From Octopus sinensis (Eukaryota), in the NCBI RefSeq assembly GCF_006345805.1, contig NC_043008.1, forward strand, positions 40,486,001 through 40,550,000: DNA of 64,000 nt, written 5' to 3'. Position numbers and translations under genes: made by a program. How positions within the stretch are numbered: position 1 is the first letter of the stretch; each line of letters begins with the position of its first letter. The notes under the pieces were generated by a model. It saw only the letters and a program-made list of their open reading frames with translations. It made no database searches and had not been told where the DNA came from. Of this stretch, positions 28,645 to 42,070 are shown piece after piece.

Positions 28645-28946
28645 GACCAAAGCCTTGTGAGTCGATTTGGTAGACGTAAACTGAAAGAAGCCCGTCGTAT
28701 ATATGTATATATATGCGCGTGTGTGTGTTTGTGTGTCTGTGTTTGTCCCCCTAGCATTGCTTGACAACCGATGCTGGTGTGTTTATGTCCCCGTTACTTA
28801 GCGGTTCGGCAAAAGGTACCGATAGAATAAGTACTGAGCTTATAAAAGAATAAGTCCCGGGGTCGAGTTGCTCGATCAAAGGCGGTGCTCCAGCATGGCC
28901 GCAGTCAAATGACTGAAACAGGTAAAAGAGTAAAAGAGTAAAGAGA
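28645..28946 (+). mobile_element. SINE family O, 5'-truncated, with (gtaaaaga)n tail
   Basis: Aligns to 24320-24608. Confidence 0.9.
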
Positions 28947-29179
28947 AAAGTGCCGATATAAAGGCTGTACGATCCCAAAACCCATCTTAAAAAGATTTGG
29001 ACTTCTAACTAATTAAAAGAGCACAAACTGCGGGACACATGTATAGACATTCACGGCAACTAGAAATTGCCCATTAAACACACACTCTTGCAATACATTC
29101 CACAACAGATACTCGGTATACGGTGATATACCTCTCCAAGGTCTACAGAGCAACTTTCTCTTACTCTTTCTTCGTGTTT

Positions 29180-29380
29180 CTGTTGTACCAGTATTTCAAA
29201 TGGCCAGTCTTGTCACACACTGTGTCACGCTGAATCTCCCCGAGAATTGCGTTCGGGTTACGCGTGCCTGATGAACCAGCATCCACTTGCACTTAATTTT
29301 ACGAGCAGGCTATTCCGTTCAAAGGGATCAGCTGGAACCCTGATAGTCGTAACCGACAGAGAGCCACGATATATAGTATA
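29180..29380. repeat. Interspersed repeat fragment
   Basis: cagtatttcaaatggccagtcttgtcacac...gtcgtaaccgac is recalled as an abundant octopus repeat; single copy here. Confidence 0.45.
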
Positions 29381-29394
29381 TACATGCATATATA

Positions 29395-29788
29395 TGCTTA
29401 GGAGTGGCTGTGACGTAAGTATCTTGCTTACAAACCACATGGTTCCGGGTCCAGGTCCACTGCGTGGCACCTTGGGCAAGTGTCTTCTACTATTGTCTCG
29501 GGCCAACCAAAGCCTTGTGGGTGGATTTGGTAGACGGAAACTGAAAGAAGACCGTCGTATATATGTATAATATATATGTATGTGTCTGTGTTTGTACCTG
29601 CCAACATCGCTTGGGAACCGATGCTGGTATGTTTACGTCCCCGTAACCTAGCGGTCCGGCAATAGAGACCGATAGGATAAGTACTAGGCTTACAAAGAAT
29701 AAGTCCTGGGGTCGATTTGCTTGACTAAAAGCGGTGCTCCAACATGGCCACAGTCAAATGACTGAAACAAGTAAAAGAGTAAAAAGAG
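29395..29788 (+). mobile_element. Full-length SINE family O
   Basis: Aligns to 24218-24608. Confidence 0.92.
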
Positions 29789-30478
29789 AGATATATGTGT
29801 ATGTGTTTGTGTGTGCATATATATATAACATACATCTATAAGTGGATCTGCGTATATTTAATTCGCGCGTGCGTGAGTGTGTGTATGTGCATGTGCTTGT
29901 GTCCACGTATTTAAGTATCTGAGTACAATACAAATGCATAGATTCCAATGAATTATTAAAATTCCATAAACTAAACTTATTATTCAAAATGAAGCAGCTC
30001 TATAAATATATGTTTAATAACTTCAAGATTATCACTTAATAATGGTTCTAATTAATTTTTCGAAAACAAATACAGATTAATAATTAACAAAACTTGTGCA
30101 TAGTGTTTCTGATATATTTTAATTTGTCTTTAGATTATTTTACATGTGATTTTGCGAAATTTCACTAAATCCTTTCGCCATACAAATTCTGCTAGGTTTC
30201 TCATTTTTATTATTAAATTAAAATTGCTTGCTTACGAACATCTTATGATGTTGATATTAATGTTAAGTGATAATAATTTCATAAGTGGATTCACTTGTTT
30301 AAAAAAATCCGTGTGTGAATTGTGAAAATAAGAGATATGATATTTAACGTATTAATTAAATTACAGGAATGCGATCTTCGTTTTAAATACCTATCTTAGC
30401 TTACTTTGAAAGGAAACATTCGCAGTTATTTCTGGCAAATATAGCCCATACAAACTCACACAAGTGCCAAATTTACGG

Positions 30479-30510
<32 letters not shown>

Positions 30511-31109
30511 TTCACATATAAATATGTATACATATAAATATGTATACATATATAAACGCAAGTGCTGTATTAATAAAAGTATTTGCATTATAAAGCCATA
30601 ATATATATATAGCCATAATAATTTCAATTACACTTCATTCCTTTTAATCACCCCTCGTAGAAATAGTTACGGTCACAAACATATTCAAAGCACTTACCGG
30701 AGTCGCTCACTTTCTACCAAACTAAGTCTTCGGTTATGTGATTAGCATTTAAGCATTCAGTTTTACTAACAAGTACCAACTCGTGAATTTAATATGCATT
30801 CCACAGACTCATGTAATATAAGAAGAAATAGAATAGATTCCCACGTGTTTCAGTTACAACTATTCAATTCTTCAATGAACAGTGGCACATACTCATTTGT
30901 TAGCGTGTAAAGATAAGAAGGAAACAATAAACCATAAATTATGACAACGTTGGACCGTTTCGAATTACCGGTTCATTACATCACAATACTTTCCCTCTAG
31001 AATCCATATATTGAATTTCGACCTTAGCCTGGGAAGTCGAATTTTGCCTTACGTATAGATTACTCAAATAATGTGCCCAGCGCTGGGATCGAATCACAAG
31101 AATCTGACG

Positions 31110-31420
31110 ACTGGGATATGATTGTGTGGTAAGAAGTTCTCTTTCCAACACATGGTTTCTGTTTCACTGCTAGTGCTTCCCACCTTGGGTAAGTGTTTTT
31201 CTTTTTTTCTCTACAGCTCCGGACCAACCAAAGCTTTGTAAGTAGATTTCATAGATAGAAACTGAAAGAAGACCGTCAACTTGACAACCAGAGATCTTTC
31301 GGTGGCATTGTCTGAAACAATAATTACCAGGCTTTAAAAAATAAGTACTGGTCGACTGGTTGGACGAAAATTCCTCAAGGCGTTGTTGTAGCATGGCTGC
31401 AGTCGAGTGACTAAAACATA
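31110..31420 (+). mobile_element. Degraded SINE family O
   Basis: tgtgtggtaagaag...caaagctttgtaagtagatt...gcatggctgcagtc. Confidence 0.8.
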
Positions 31421-31939
31421 CATGATAGAGGAATGAAAAGACAGAAGGGAAACTTAGAGGTGTTAATAATATTACAGCATTAAATGTTCCCCTCTGGAAT
31501 GTGATTAAATAAAAAGGAACGTAGCGAAATACAACCAAGAGAACAAGTCTGAGCCAGGAGTGCCTTAAAAATGAAATTAGAAGTTTTGTTTCAATTTTCT
31601 GATAATCACTGCTAAATCGTTCCCATGGAGATTCCATAAAATAAATGTGACGTATGTAAAACAATTTATCACGTGTAAACTATAAATATTCTCCTTTGGG
31701 GCAATTCTAAAATGAAGCAGCTTATCCATCTTTTCTGTTTGAAAGATATTCTATAATGCATTGTGTCTATATGCTCATGTCCCATCGCAAGTCAATTCAC
31801 AGTGTCCGCATTCCTATAATGCTGTCTTTCAAGAAACATCGCACAGCCCATATATTCGCTAAGGGCACCCATTTGGCTGTTTTTAACCGAAATTAGTAAC
31901 AGGTAAAGGGTAAAAATTACCTTCTGTCAGGAATGGCCA

Positions 31940-32150
31940 GGTGCTTTATGATAGACCAGCAATGGCTCATGCATAACAGCCACCCCCTCCACGCCATTGG
32001 AATGGCGCAAGCCGATACAGCTTCGCACCATTGATGTTGCAACTCATTTATGTTGAACTAGAGCTAAATGAAGTAGAGCAACGTGAAATAGGGTCTTGCT
32101 CAAGAAGACAACACATACCACTTCTGGAATCGAACTCGGTACGACATGAT
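31940..32150 (-). mobile_element. Degraded tRNA-headed SINE
   Basis: Minus strand gagttcgattcc B-box and cttgagcaagaccctatttcacgttgctc. Confidence 0.65.
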
Positions 32151-32344
32151 TGAAATACATTTCTTTATAGTACATTTTATAATATATTAGCTGCTGTTCA
32201 GTATCTCTTTATAAATATTGTGACACTCACGCTATTTCAATTGATCGACGTTTGGGTGTCAGTTTATTAGAGCCTGCCACACCATTAAGAGAAATACGGT
32301 GCATATATAAAATAATACAGCCTTTGCTTAAAATGTGTGGAACA

Positions 32345-33069
32345 AGAATTGAAAAATATGTACACCCAAAAATGTTACGGAACATTAAGAAGTATGGGAC
32401 TAGCATTATTGCTCAAAAATATTCGAACCATTATATGCTGTACATTCTGTACTATCCTTTTATCACAAAAATCTGTTTAGTTTATCGAAATAAAGTAATA
32501 TTAAAAATTAATTCACTTAAATTATCGTATACTCAGTGTTGACAAAAGGTGTACAAGTACTCGTGTACTTTCTACGCAATAATTCAATCTATGAATCATA
32601 ATTTTTATAAACGTACAAGTAATCAATCAGAACTTATTTACTGATAATCTGTTTAAGTCGTATAAATGCTCTATGAACATGTGTATCATAATGCGAATTA
32701 TCTTGGGTTATAAATATTTCGGTTACATATTTAAGTTGTTATATAGATTCGACTTCATCATAAATCCAGCGTTTTTTATTATCATGGAAATTTGCATGCA
32801 GTTTGAAATGTTTTTATATAGATTGCTATGAATTTACTTATTGGAAGTTAAATATCATATTTTGTACGTTTTCATATTTTTATATTAAGACCTCAATGTA
32901 ATTATCATTATGACATCGTAATTCACTCGAGTCTCTTTTTATTTTAAGATGTCACAGAATATACAACATAGTGATTCTAATACTTTTGCGCAATAATACT
33001 AGTCCCATACTTTTTAAGGGTTATTATGACATTCTGCAACCCAATTGAGCGTGCATATTTTTCAATTCT
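32345..33069. repeat. Inverted repeat: arms 32345-32452 and 32954-33069, ~500-bp spacer
   Basis: agaattgaaaaatatg...aagtatgggactag(c/t)attattgc occurs on opposite strands. Confidence 0.88.
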
Positions 33070-33152
<83 letters not shown>

Positions 33153-34894
33153 AGAGATATATATTGATATATACATGAGGCATAAATATATTTTTTCCAT
33201 TTGCATAACTTGAACTTAAAAAGAAATTACATTCAGTTAAATGTACACGGTAAGGATTATTTTGAATCATACATGAGGAAAGAAAAGAACGGTAAAGTTT
33301 TTTCTGAAATATTCTCAGATACGTTGAATCCTACAAATGATGAAGGAAGGAATCTCTCATAGAAAGTAAATGTAACAGAAGCACTAAAAAAGTATTTTAA
33401 GCTGCAAGACCTGCGGTGTTCTAGAACTGAAATGCTTCCTTTATAAGAACATAGATATTGCTTGGCAGTGGTGTAATCTATGATATTAGCATGTTCGTTA
33501 GTGTGATAAACGGACAATTTAATATAAGGGTTTATAATTTGATAATATAGTAGTATTCAATTTACGGATATGAATTTATCACAGTCTCTGGTTTAAACGT
33601 TTAAGAGCACAGACAAATAATGACGCAAGGGCATGAAGGTAGATACAGGATAAGTTTAAATACTTGATGCGTGAATAACGACAACACAATGAGCAGAGAT
33701 ATGAAATAGAAACGCGAATACATTTTATGATGGAAGTAGTTTTTTAATGAACTGCAGTTTTGCATTCTTCGTTATCTTTAAAATTGATTACATCTAAGGC
33801 CATCGAACAGTATTTGAATACAAATTTGAAAGCTTTTCAGTATTTGCATTCGGAATAAAAAGCACAGAACGTAGAGCGAGAAAGTATTAACAGATATGTC
33901 AATAATCGAATCATAAATATTAAAATAATTACAATGGAATATATAGCTTTATTAAAAATGTGCAAGCACACATATGTATATGTGTGTTTTGAGTGTGTGT
34001 GTGTGTGTATGTATGTGTGTGCTGCGTATGTGTGTTTGTGTGTGTGACTGTGATATGTGCGTGCGTGTTTGTGTGCGTGCGTGCGTAGTTCTTTGTTTTT
34101 TTTTAAAGAGCAAACATTATAAAATGCCCATAATCCTTATATTTTACAGTTATTTGTAAATATGGGACGACACTACTCTATGATAAGTTATCAATGCATG
34201 AATATATCCGAGGATATTCGAGTGTGAGCTTCGGGAAAAGATTATTCATATGAGAAATGTGAGTTATTTTCTCTATTCAGTTTCTCTCCCACTTTTAATT
34301 CTCCAGTTATATTTATGCCACGTATTTAAAAAAAAAGTAATATTTTTTTTATTTTGCTTTATTGTTGTCAATTAGAGTGCAGAATATTATAAAAAAAAAG
34401 GTTACTTATTTTGCTCTTTAATATTTCGTTATCTTTAAAATCATAAATTATTAAGATCACAGTCCCATTAATTTGGGCTGATATGTGTGTATATATGTAC
34501 ATGGTCGTCAATATTTATATATATGTGTATGTGTGTTGGTGGGTGTGTGATATACATTTTTGTATATGTTTATATATGTATCTTTGCCTGAATGTGCATA
34601 CATATGTACATAAAACAATTCACCGATGATAAATGTACATATTAAAAATACATTCATATACATTCGAATAGGTTTAAAAGAAGATTTATTGAATCATTTG
34701 AAATAAATGCATAGTCATTGTAAAATGAATGAAACGTGCATGATTTAAAACGAACGAACTTTGTAATATGCTTTGTATTATGATATGTATATATTTTTCT
34801 ATATGTTCGTAACATATTGCCTATTTTCCACTTGCTCTCCTTCTCTGTAGCATTCTAACTAGCTAACTGACTATATATATATAATATATATATA

Positions 34895-34966
<72 letters not shown>

Positions 34967-35018
34967 ATCTATATATATATATGGTATGTATGCATGTATA
35001 TAAATGTGTATATGTATA

Positions 35019-35066
<48 letters not shown>

Positions 35067-35564
35067 TATATGTAGACATATATATGTGTGTGTACATACA
35101 GTTATATACATGCATACATGCCATATATATTTACATGCATGCACACATACATGTGCGTATGTGTGTACTTGTGCATGCGTGAGTGTTTGGGTATGTTTGT
35201 GTGAGTGTGTGTGTGAGTGAGTGTGTTTGTCTGTATGCAGTTGCGTGTATGTGTATGTATATTCATTGGGGTGTTTGAATGAGGATAAGAACTGAAAACC
35301 TCATGCCAAAAGCGATACAAGTTATATTCTTCACTTATCGAAATTATCTTCACTTCGACACGTATGCACACAAGCAACTACAGGCGATTGCTAAACAAAG
35401 ATGAAGGGGAAATATTTCGATGTAGTTAACAGCTGAGATTTGACCTGACAATACATTAAAAAATGGCCGATACATTACCCCTTCCCCTATTGCGGCTGTT
35501 ACGTTCCAAAACCTCCCACAAAAATAACTAAAATCTAAAAATATATAAATACTTCTCGCCCGCA

Positions 35565-35682
35565 GAAAGTCGCGATATATTGAAGGACCTGTGATATAAA
35601 TTTACATATATTAGCAATAAAAATCCGCGATGTAGTGAGCGCGTGATAGTTGTACCGCGATATGGTGAGAGATTACTGTAGT
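35565..35682. mobile_element. Tigger/pogo-like DNA transposon terminus
   Basis: ccgcgatgtagtgag...ccgcgatatggtgagagattactgta; the reverse complement begins tacagtaatc(t/c)ctc, a TA-CAGT type end. Confidence 0.55.
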
Positions 35683-38479
35683 TTGTTTTTCTACAGTCAA
35701 GAACTTGCTGACGTGCCTTATTTGACATTGTTATTTTAGAAATTTACTATCCTTGCCTCATCAGACATATGACGTTAATACATGATAAAATTGTGGATAT
35801 CTTTTATTGAACTGCGTAATTTGCATATCTGAAACAAGAATCTAATACAATCTAAAGTACATAACTGAAATTACCTTCGCAATTATTGAAAATAATACAC
35901 GTGCAGAAATATACGAGAAAGTAGATGACATAACACATAATTATGTTGTAGCACTGTATATCTCACGGTTAATGACTTGCACAATATTTCCCAAATATAT
36001 ACAAGTAAAACTTCTTGGGGAGTGATCTTGCACGTATTCAACATATACAATCTCATTCTGTTGTGCCTAAATCAAAATTTCCATTGTCGTAATTTTTCCA
36101 TTAATATATTATATTATGTTCCATTAATGATAAATATATTCGTTGGGCAAATTAGCTGAATGCCGCAGCTAATATTATTCTATTCTAAATCGCGTTTTAC
36201 TTTTGCACTTTAGTGATTAATACATGCTTTCTTTATGCTGAAAAATTGCAAATAGGCGTACATTTGCAAATTTACCATAAATCGCTTATTTACAAATGCG
36301 CATTGCCGTAAATATGTGTAATCAGCAATCATGTAAAGGGTATTATCATTAGCCCCTTTTATATTACAATGCTCAGTCATTATAAGTTAATTTTATTGGG
36401 CGATACTCAACAACGATTCATTATAGACAGTAATGTAAACTATAGACAATTTTCATAGGGATAATCATGACAATGCTACTATATACAAAGGGATTTTGCA
36501 TTGAGGCCATTTAATATTTCTGTGGGTATAGCCTTGCATACTATGATATCAGTCCAGGATTCTTATTCAACCTTATAACAGCTGAAAGCTGTGATCATCA
36601 TCTTACTCGCCTAGTATCGGCGTTGAAGTACCATTAAGCGCTTTTAGAACGATAAATTATTCGAGTAATCCGGAATTAACAATTTATTGATGTCATTATA
36701 AGATACTTTATAATAGTCCAATATTAGACGATATGAGAATTGTCAGATATATTATCATATGTATCTGGCAATTATATTAGGAACCACAACAGAAATGTTG
36801 TCAATCCTATTGACTTTTATACATATAATATCTAAATTTTATAGAAAAGTTAAAAGTGAATGTATGCAATTTCGCCATTTTCAGTATTACCGGTAACTGG
36901 CCAATACGACGCGATAATAACTTTCTTGGAGTAAATATCTAATATTTGAATCAATGCTAAGATGCTGTAATATCATTAGTCCTAAGTCATGACATAAGTG
37001 GAAAATATTTGCAAAAATTTAACGACTAGACATTCCGACAGCCATAGTTTGAAGATACAATAACATATCCTATTAACATGTATAATAAATGTTAATGTAA
37101 GACTTATAGGAGTGGGTAAATATTATAAGATTTGTAGTTTTGCAGTGAAATCTAAGAATTCGCCCTTATAATGGCTCTACATTAATGGGTTAATATTGGA
37201 AATAATTTAGGATGCTAGTTTTATTATAACTCAAGTTGTTACAACACCGTAAAGAAATGAAATTTAAAATTATCATCAAATTTTGAAATACAGACCAATT
37301 TTCCTCATCGGATCGTGAGCAGTGCGATGTGAATCTGTATGGTTTCTTATTATTATGAACTGTTGCATTGATTTTCTTCAAATGTCTATCAGAAATTCAT
37401 TTAAGCCTACAAAAGTTTCGTTTGTACCTTTTTCCATTTAAGCTTGCCTTAAATCGAAGCTACATTCTGTCACATAAAGTTTAATAAAGAATAGTATTAG
37501 AAAACTAAAGAAAAGGAAATAAAAGAAGCCGTAGCAATTGGTTTTAAGAAAGAAAAATCGAAAAAAAGACTAGTTTATAACGGAAGCATAGTAGGAGAGA
37601 AGTAGAGAATTCGGTGAATAAATACCAAAAATGTGTAAGGGAATGAGACGCTACAAGAAGCAAAAGAATGAATTTGAAGTAAAAAAAGACGGATAAAAAG
37701 GACAAGCAAAACATGAAATAAAGTAATTGCAAAATTGGAGGTTATAAAGATTGAAACAAAGGTGAAATGCCAGAGCGTAGAAATAGAAAAATAACCAGGA
37801 TATCTTAGCAAGAGAATGTTTAATTTTTCTTTATTCTAAATAATGTAGCTTTGTAACTAAACAGTAATTTTCCAAGTCGATTCTTGACAAACTTATTTTG
37901 ACATCAAATTCAGTGCACTAAATGTAAAAGTCTTCAATGAAGCATTCGTCCTATGATATAATAAACAGAAGAAATTCAAGCTTAAGTCTTAAAAATATTT
38001 TCCTTTTCCTAGCATCAACAGAAAGTTAAACACGCGCAGTCGATGCACACGTGTGCATCACAATGCATGTGCGTTAGTGTGAGGGCGTGCGTGTATGCAT
38101 ATGTATCGCTACAGAAAGGCATAAGCAAGAAGGGAACAGTTTCACTGTATAAGTATATTTATTCATATGCATTAATTCAAAAGAAGCGGAGATATCTGAG
38201 AAAATCAGAAAACTGAGAACGATCAGTTTTCTTGAAAAACACTTCTTTTTACTATGAATTCGAATTTTATCTATGCTCACTTGTCAATTTCCTGGATAAA
38301 CATGATTGAATGCTTTCTTATAGAGTCAGTAGTGTTAGGTTTTGAAAATGGCATACAGGTAGCCAAAAGTAACAGGAAACTTTCTCCGTGGGGCAAGCTC
38401 GTTGTCGTTCCGGCTTCTGCCACAAGAAGTCACTTGATGCGATCTTCAGACACCTACTTACTGACTGGTAGCGTCCTCA

Positions 38480-38880
38480 TAGTGTGTCTTTGTTTTGCAG
38501 TGTTATTCTCCTGTTTGCCGACTTCTGCGATAGCTACAACGACGGAACAACGTGCTTCTGTGAAATTCTGTGTTCTGCTTGGGAAGTGGTAGCTGAAACA
38601 AGTTCCCATGCTTCAAACTGCTTATAAGGACGCTGATCTTGGAGGGGCACTGCTGATCAATTAACAAACTTGTTGCTATGCCTGATGTGTAGTGGAGCTC
38701 CGCCAAAAGAATGTAGAGCAATGAATTGCGAATGAAAAGGGTTGCAGCTAAACTTATGTATCAATGCTCACGGAAGTGTGAGAGAGTTTTTGACCAAAAA
38801 TGGCGTGCCTCCGCTTAACCACTCTTGCCATTCACCCGATCTTAAACCCTGCAATTTTCTTTGTTCCCCCGAATGAAAAT
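38480..38880 (+). mobile_element. Mariner transposase remnant, internally deleted
   Basis: EQRASVKFCVLLGK...MLQTAYKDA (N-terminal HTH) and SVREFLTKNGV...HSPDLKPCNF (YSPDLAPCDF-like). Confidence 0.82.
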
Positions 38881-38985
38881 TGTTCAAATTCCATCCAGAT
38901 CGACTTTGCTTTTCATCCTTTCGTGGTCGATTAAATATGTACCAGTTACACACTTGGTCGTTCTAATCGACTTCATACTTTTGTC
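38870..38985 (+). mobile_element. SINE family M fragment
   Basis: ttcaaattcc...tcgactttgcttttcatcctttcgtggtcgattaaatatgtaccag. Confidence 0.8.
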
Positions 38986-39915
38986 TATCCTTGTTTGTTC
39001 CCTCTATGTGTGGCCCCTTTTGGGCAATATAGAAATAAATCTTGTAATCTGTAGAATCATTTTCGAAAGCAATTTTGTTTTTGTGTAAATTTCTTTTTGT
39101 TTCGAATAAATATATAAGTTTAATTTGACATAAAATTGGTATATGCAATATATTCATTGGCCTTTGAAAGGACCCCACCCCGCGATAAAGGTTGCTTCAG
39201 TAAAATTTCAGATGACTGTAACCACCTCTGGAACGACTGCAACTGAATCGGCAACTCCCTTATATATTTGTATTGCCGCGTGAGACCTAGCGGGGAACAT
39301 TGGACTGAGGACATTCTGAACTCTGATTAGTTGAAGGAGATTCGAGCACACACACATACACACTCACACACACGCACACACACGAACACATACACATGCA
39401 AACACAACCACGAATGCACACACACACTCACGCGCACACGCACACCCTCACACATATATGTTCCTTGTACCTTTCTGTCATAGATAGATAGAGAGAGAGA
39501 GAGAGAGAAAGAAAGTGAGAGGGAAAGTGAGACAGACGGGGATAGACAGAGGGGAAAAAGAGATTGAGAAATATCGGTTAAGATATCATTAATACTTGCT
39601 TTTCATAGTGTATCATTTTAGTTAACCAGCAGTATAGAATAAACCGATGACCATGTTGATTTCCAGACAAGTAAAGCAAATTAGTGAAATGCAATTAAAC
39701 ATCATAGTACCAAACATTATCGGGGACTGTATCGCGCTTAAATTTGAAAATAATTTTTTTCTTACGAAAATCTTGCGAAAATCAGCCAGTCATGTTTACA
39801 TATTCAACGTAGCTCTTTCGTTCAAAGCGTAATCGTTTGTTTCTGAATACTATGTTTAAATCGTGGCCAATCAATTTATTATGCCTAACACTGCTAAACA
39901 GATAAATTAAGTAAA

Positions 39916-40300
39916 TATTTATATGCAATAAATATAAATATTCCCATGTGAAGACTAGTGATATTGCCGTAATAATGCCAAGCCTATTCAGGAATTTTCT
40001 CTGCGAGCAAATGGGTTAATTTAAATTGTTAACTCTTAATTAATTAACTGCTGGTTGGATAAAAAAACACAAATGCATTCTATAGGACAATTTAGCTGAT
40101 ACAGATGATAAACTATTTATATGCAATAGATATCAATATTTCCATGGGAAGACTTGTGATACTGCCGTATTAATGCCAATCCGATTTAGGAATTTTCTCT
40201 GGGAACAGATGCGTTAATTTAAATTGGTAACGCTTCATTATTTAGCTGCTGGGTGATTGAAAAACCCAAGTGCATTCTATAGGACAATTTAGCTGATATA
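39916..40300. repeat. Diverged tandem duplication, period ~198 bp
   Basis: tatttatatgcaata at 39916 and 40114; gcattctataggacaatttagctgata at 40075 and 40272. Confidence 0.9.
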
Positions 40301-41073
40301 AATATATATACATGGATGTACCGTGTATTAATATATATGTCTACATATGTGTGTATGTGCGTCCATGAATCTATAACACTTTTGTGAGTGTGTGTACTTT
40401 TATATGCGAGTGTGTGGGCGTGCGCGCTTTGTGGTAACGTTTTAGATACTTATTCAAATTGTGTATTTTATTTATACAATAATATGCAAACAACTCTTTA
40501 AAAAAGATTATATTACAAAGATATTTTATGTTATTATTATTTATGTTATGTTACTTTGAAGAATAAACATCAACAACGATAACAGGAAGCAGAACCAAAC
40601 AGCAATAACAACAAAACTGCTGGAACTGAAGCAACAATATTATCAACAATACCATGCGTATCAAATATTGTAAACAAAACAGCGAAATGAAAATTTGAAA
40701 AACAAAAGTACATAACGCCAACCTCTTGAGAAACATTACCATCTTGACGCAGCAGTAAAGAAGGAGTCATATTGCCATGCTTTGCATACGTTCCAGTTCA
40801 CCTGTCCTAATTCACGCATGACAGAATAAATAAATTTTGTTAACTTTTTTTATAGTTAGTTCTATGCTATAGTTACAATTTCTTTCTGCCATATTGTATT
40901 TAATTTATACGATATTTTTCGCAGATAATATTAAAATCTCATTGAATTCGATATCTCGGAATTTTTTAGAGATATTGTTTCTCTTCCTCCATTGACTATT
41001 ATTATTGTTGTTGTTCTTGGTTTTGCTGTTGTTGTTGTTGTTATTATTGTTATTATTATTATTATTATTATTA

Positions 41074-41113
<40 letters not shown>

Positions 41114-41549
41114 CATTATTTCATTTTTTTCTAGAGAGAAAGAGATATGAGACTGTGTATATCCAAATGTTTATGTCTGTAAATAAATACGGTTGTGAGT
41201 GATTGTATATATGTCTCACTCACTGTGTCTATATATATATATATATATATATAAATATATATATATATATGTGCATATGTGTGCCCGTGTACATTTATAT
41301 GTATTTACATATATACATATATGTATGTATTTAGATATAAACACACAGGTGCACATACACATACACACACACACACGTATATATATATATATACGGTCGC
41401 GTGTATTTGTGTGTAAGCGGTGATTCTGATGGATATGTGTACATGTGTAGTTGATTGATAAACACAACTTCGCGAAATGTGATATAATACCAACAGATAC
41501 AATATTCACTGAATATACACATAGACGCAGACATTTGGCAAACACTGGC

Positions 41550-41556
41550 ATATATA

Positions 41557-41649
<93 letters not shown>

Positions 41650-41650
41650 G

Positions 41651-41730
<80 letters not shown>

Positions 41731-41736
41731 TATATG

Positions 41737-41801
<65 letters not shown>

Positions 41802-41802
41802 G

Positions 41803-41864
<62 letters not shown>

Positions 41865-41921
41865 ATATATATGTATATATATATATATATATATATGTAT
41901 AGATATATATATATATGTATA

Positions 41922-41969
<48 letters not shown>

Positions 41970-41971
41970 GC

Positions 41972-42004
<33 letters not shown>

Positions 42005-42070
42005 TATTATTATATATATATATATATATTATATTGATAGATAGATATTTATATATATGTATATGTATAT
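41550..42070. repeat. ~500-bp (TA)n array interrupted by TG
   Basis: Directly visible. Confidence 0.97.

Noticed and set aside
30945-30990. Minus-strand ...ttcGAAACGGTC, resembling an HHR 3' half
   Set aside because: The upstream core reads gtgatgt, two changes from CUGAUGA; too degraded to call.
38042-38059. Perfect 18-bp palindrome gatgcacacgtgtgcatc with a CACGTG core
   Set aside because: It lies in CA/TG-rich low-complexity sequence where such palindromes arise easily; no evidence of function.
41451-42044. Longest ORF in the track (197 aa) and the many other IY/YI, VC, HT, poly-I, poly-N and poly-S ORFs
   Set aside because: They are translations of TA, CA, GATA and triplet microsatellites, which lack stops in some frames.
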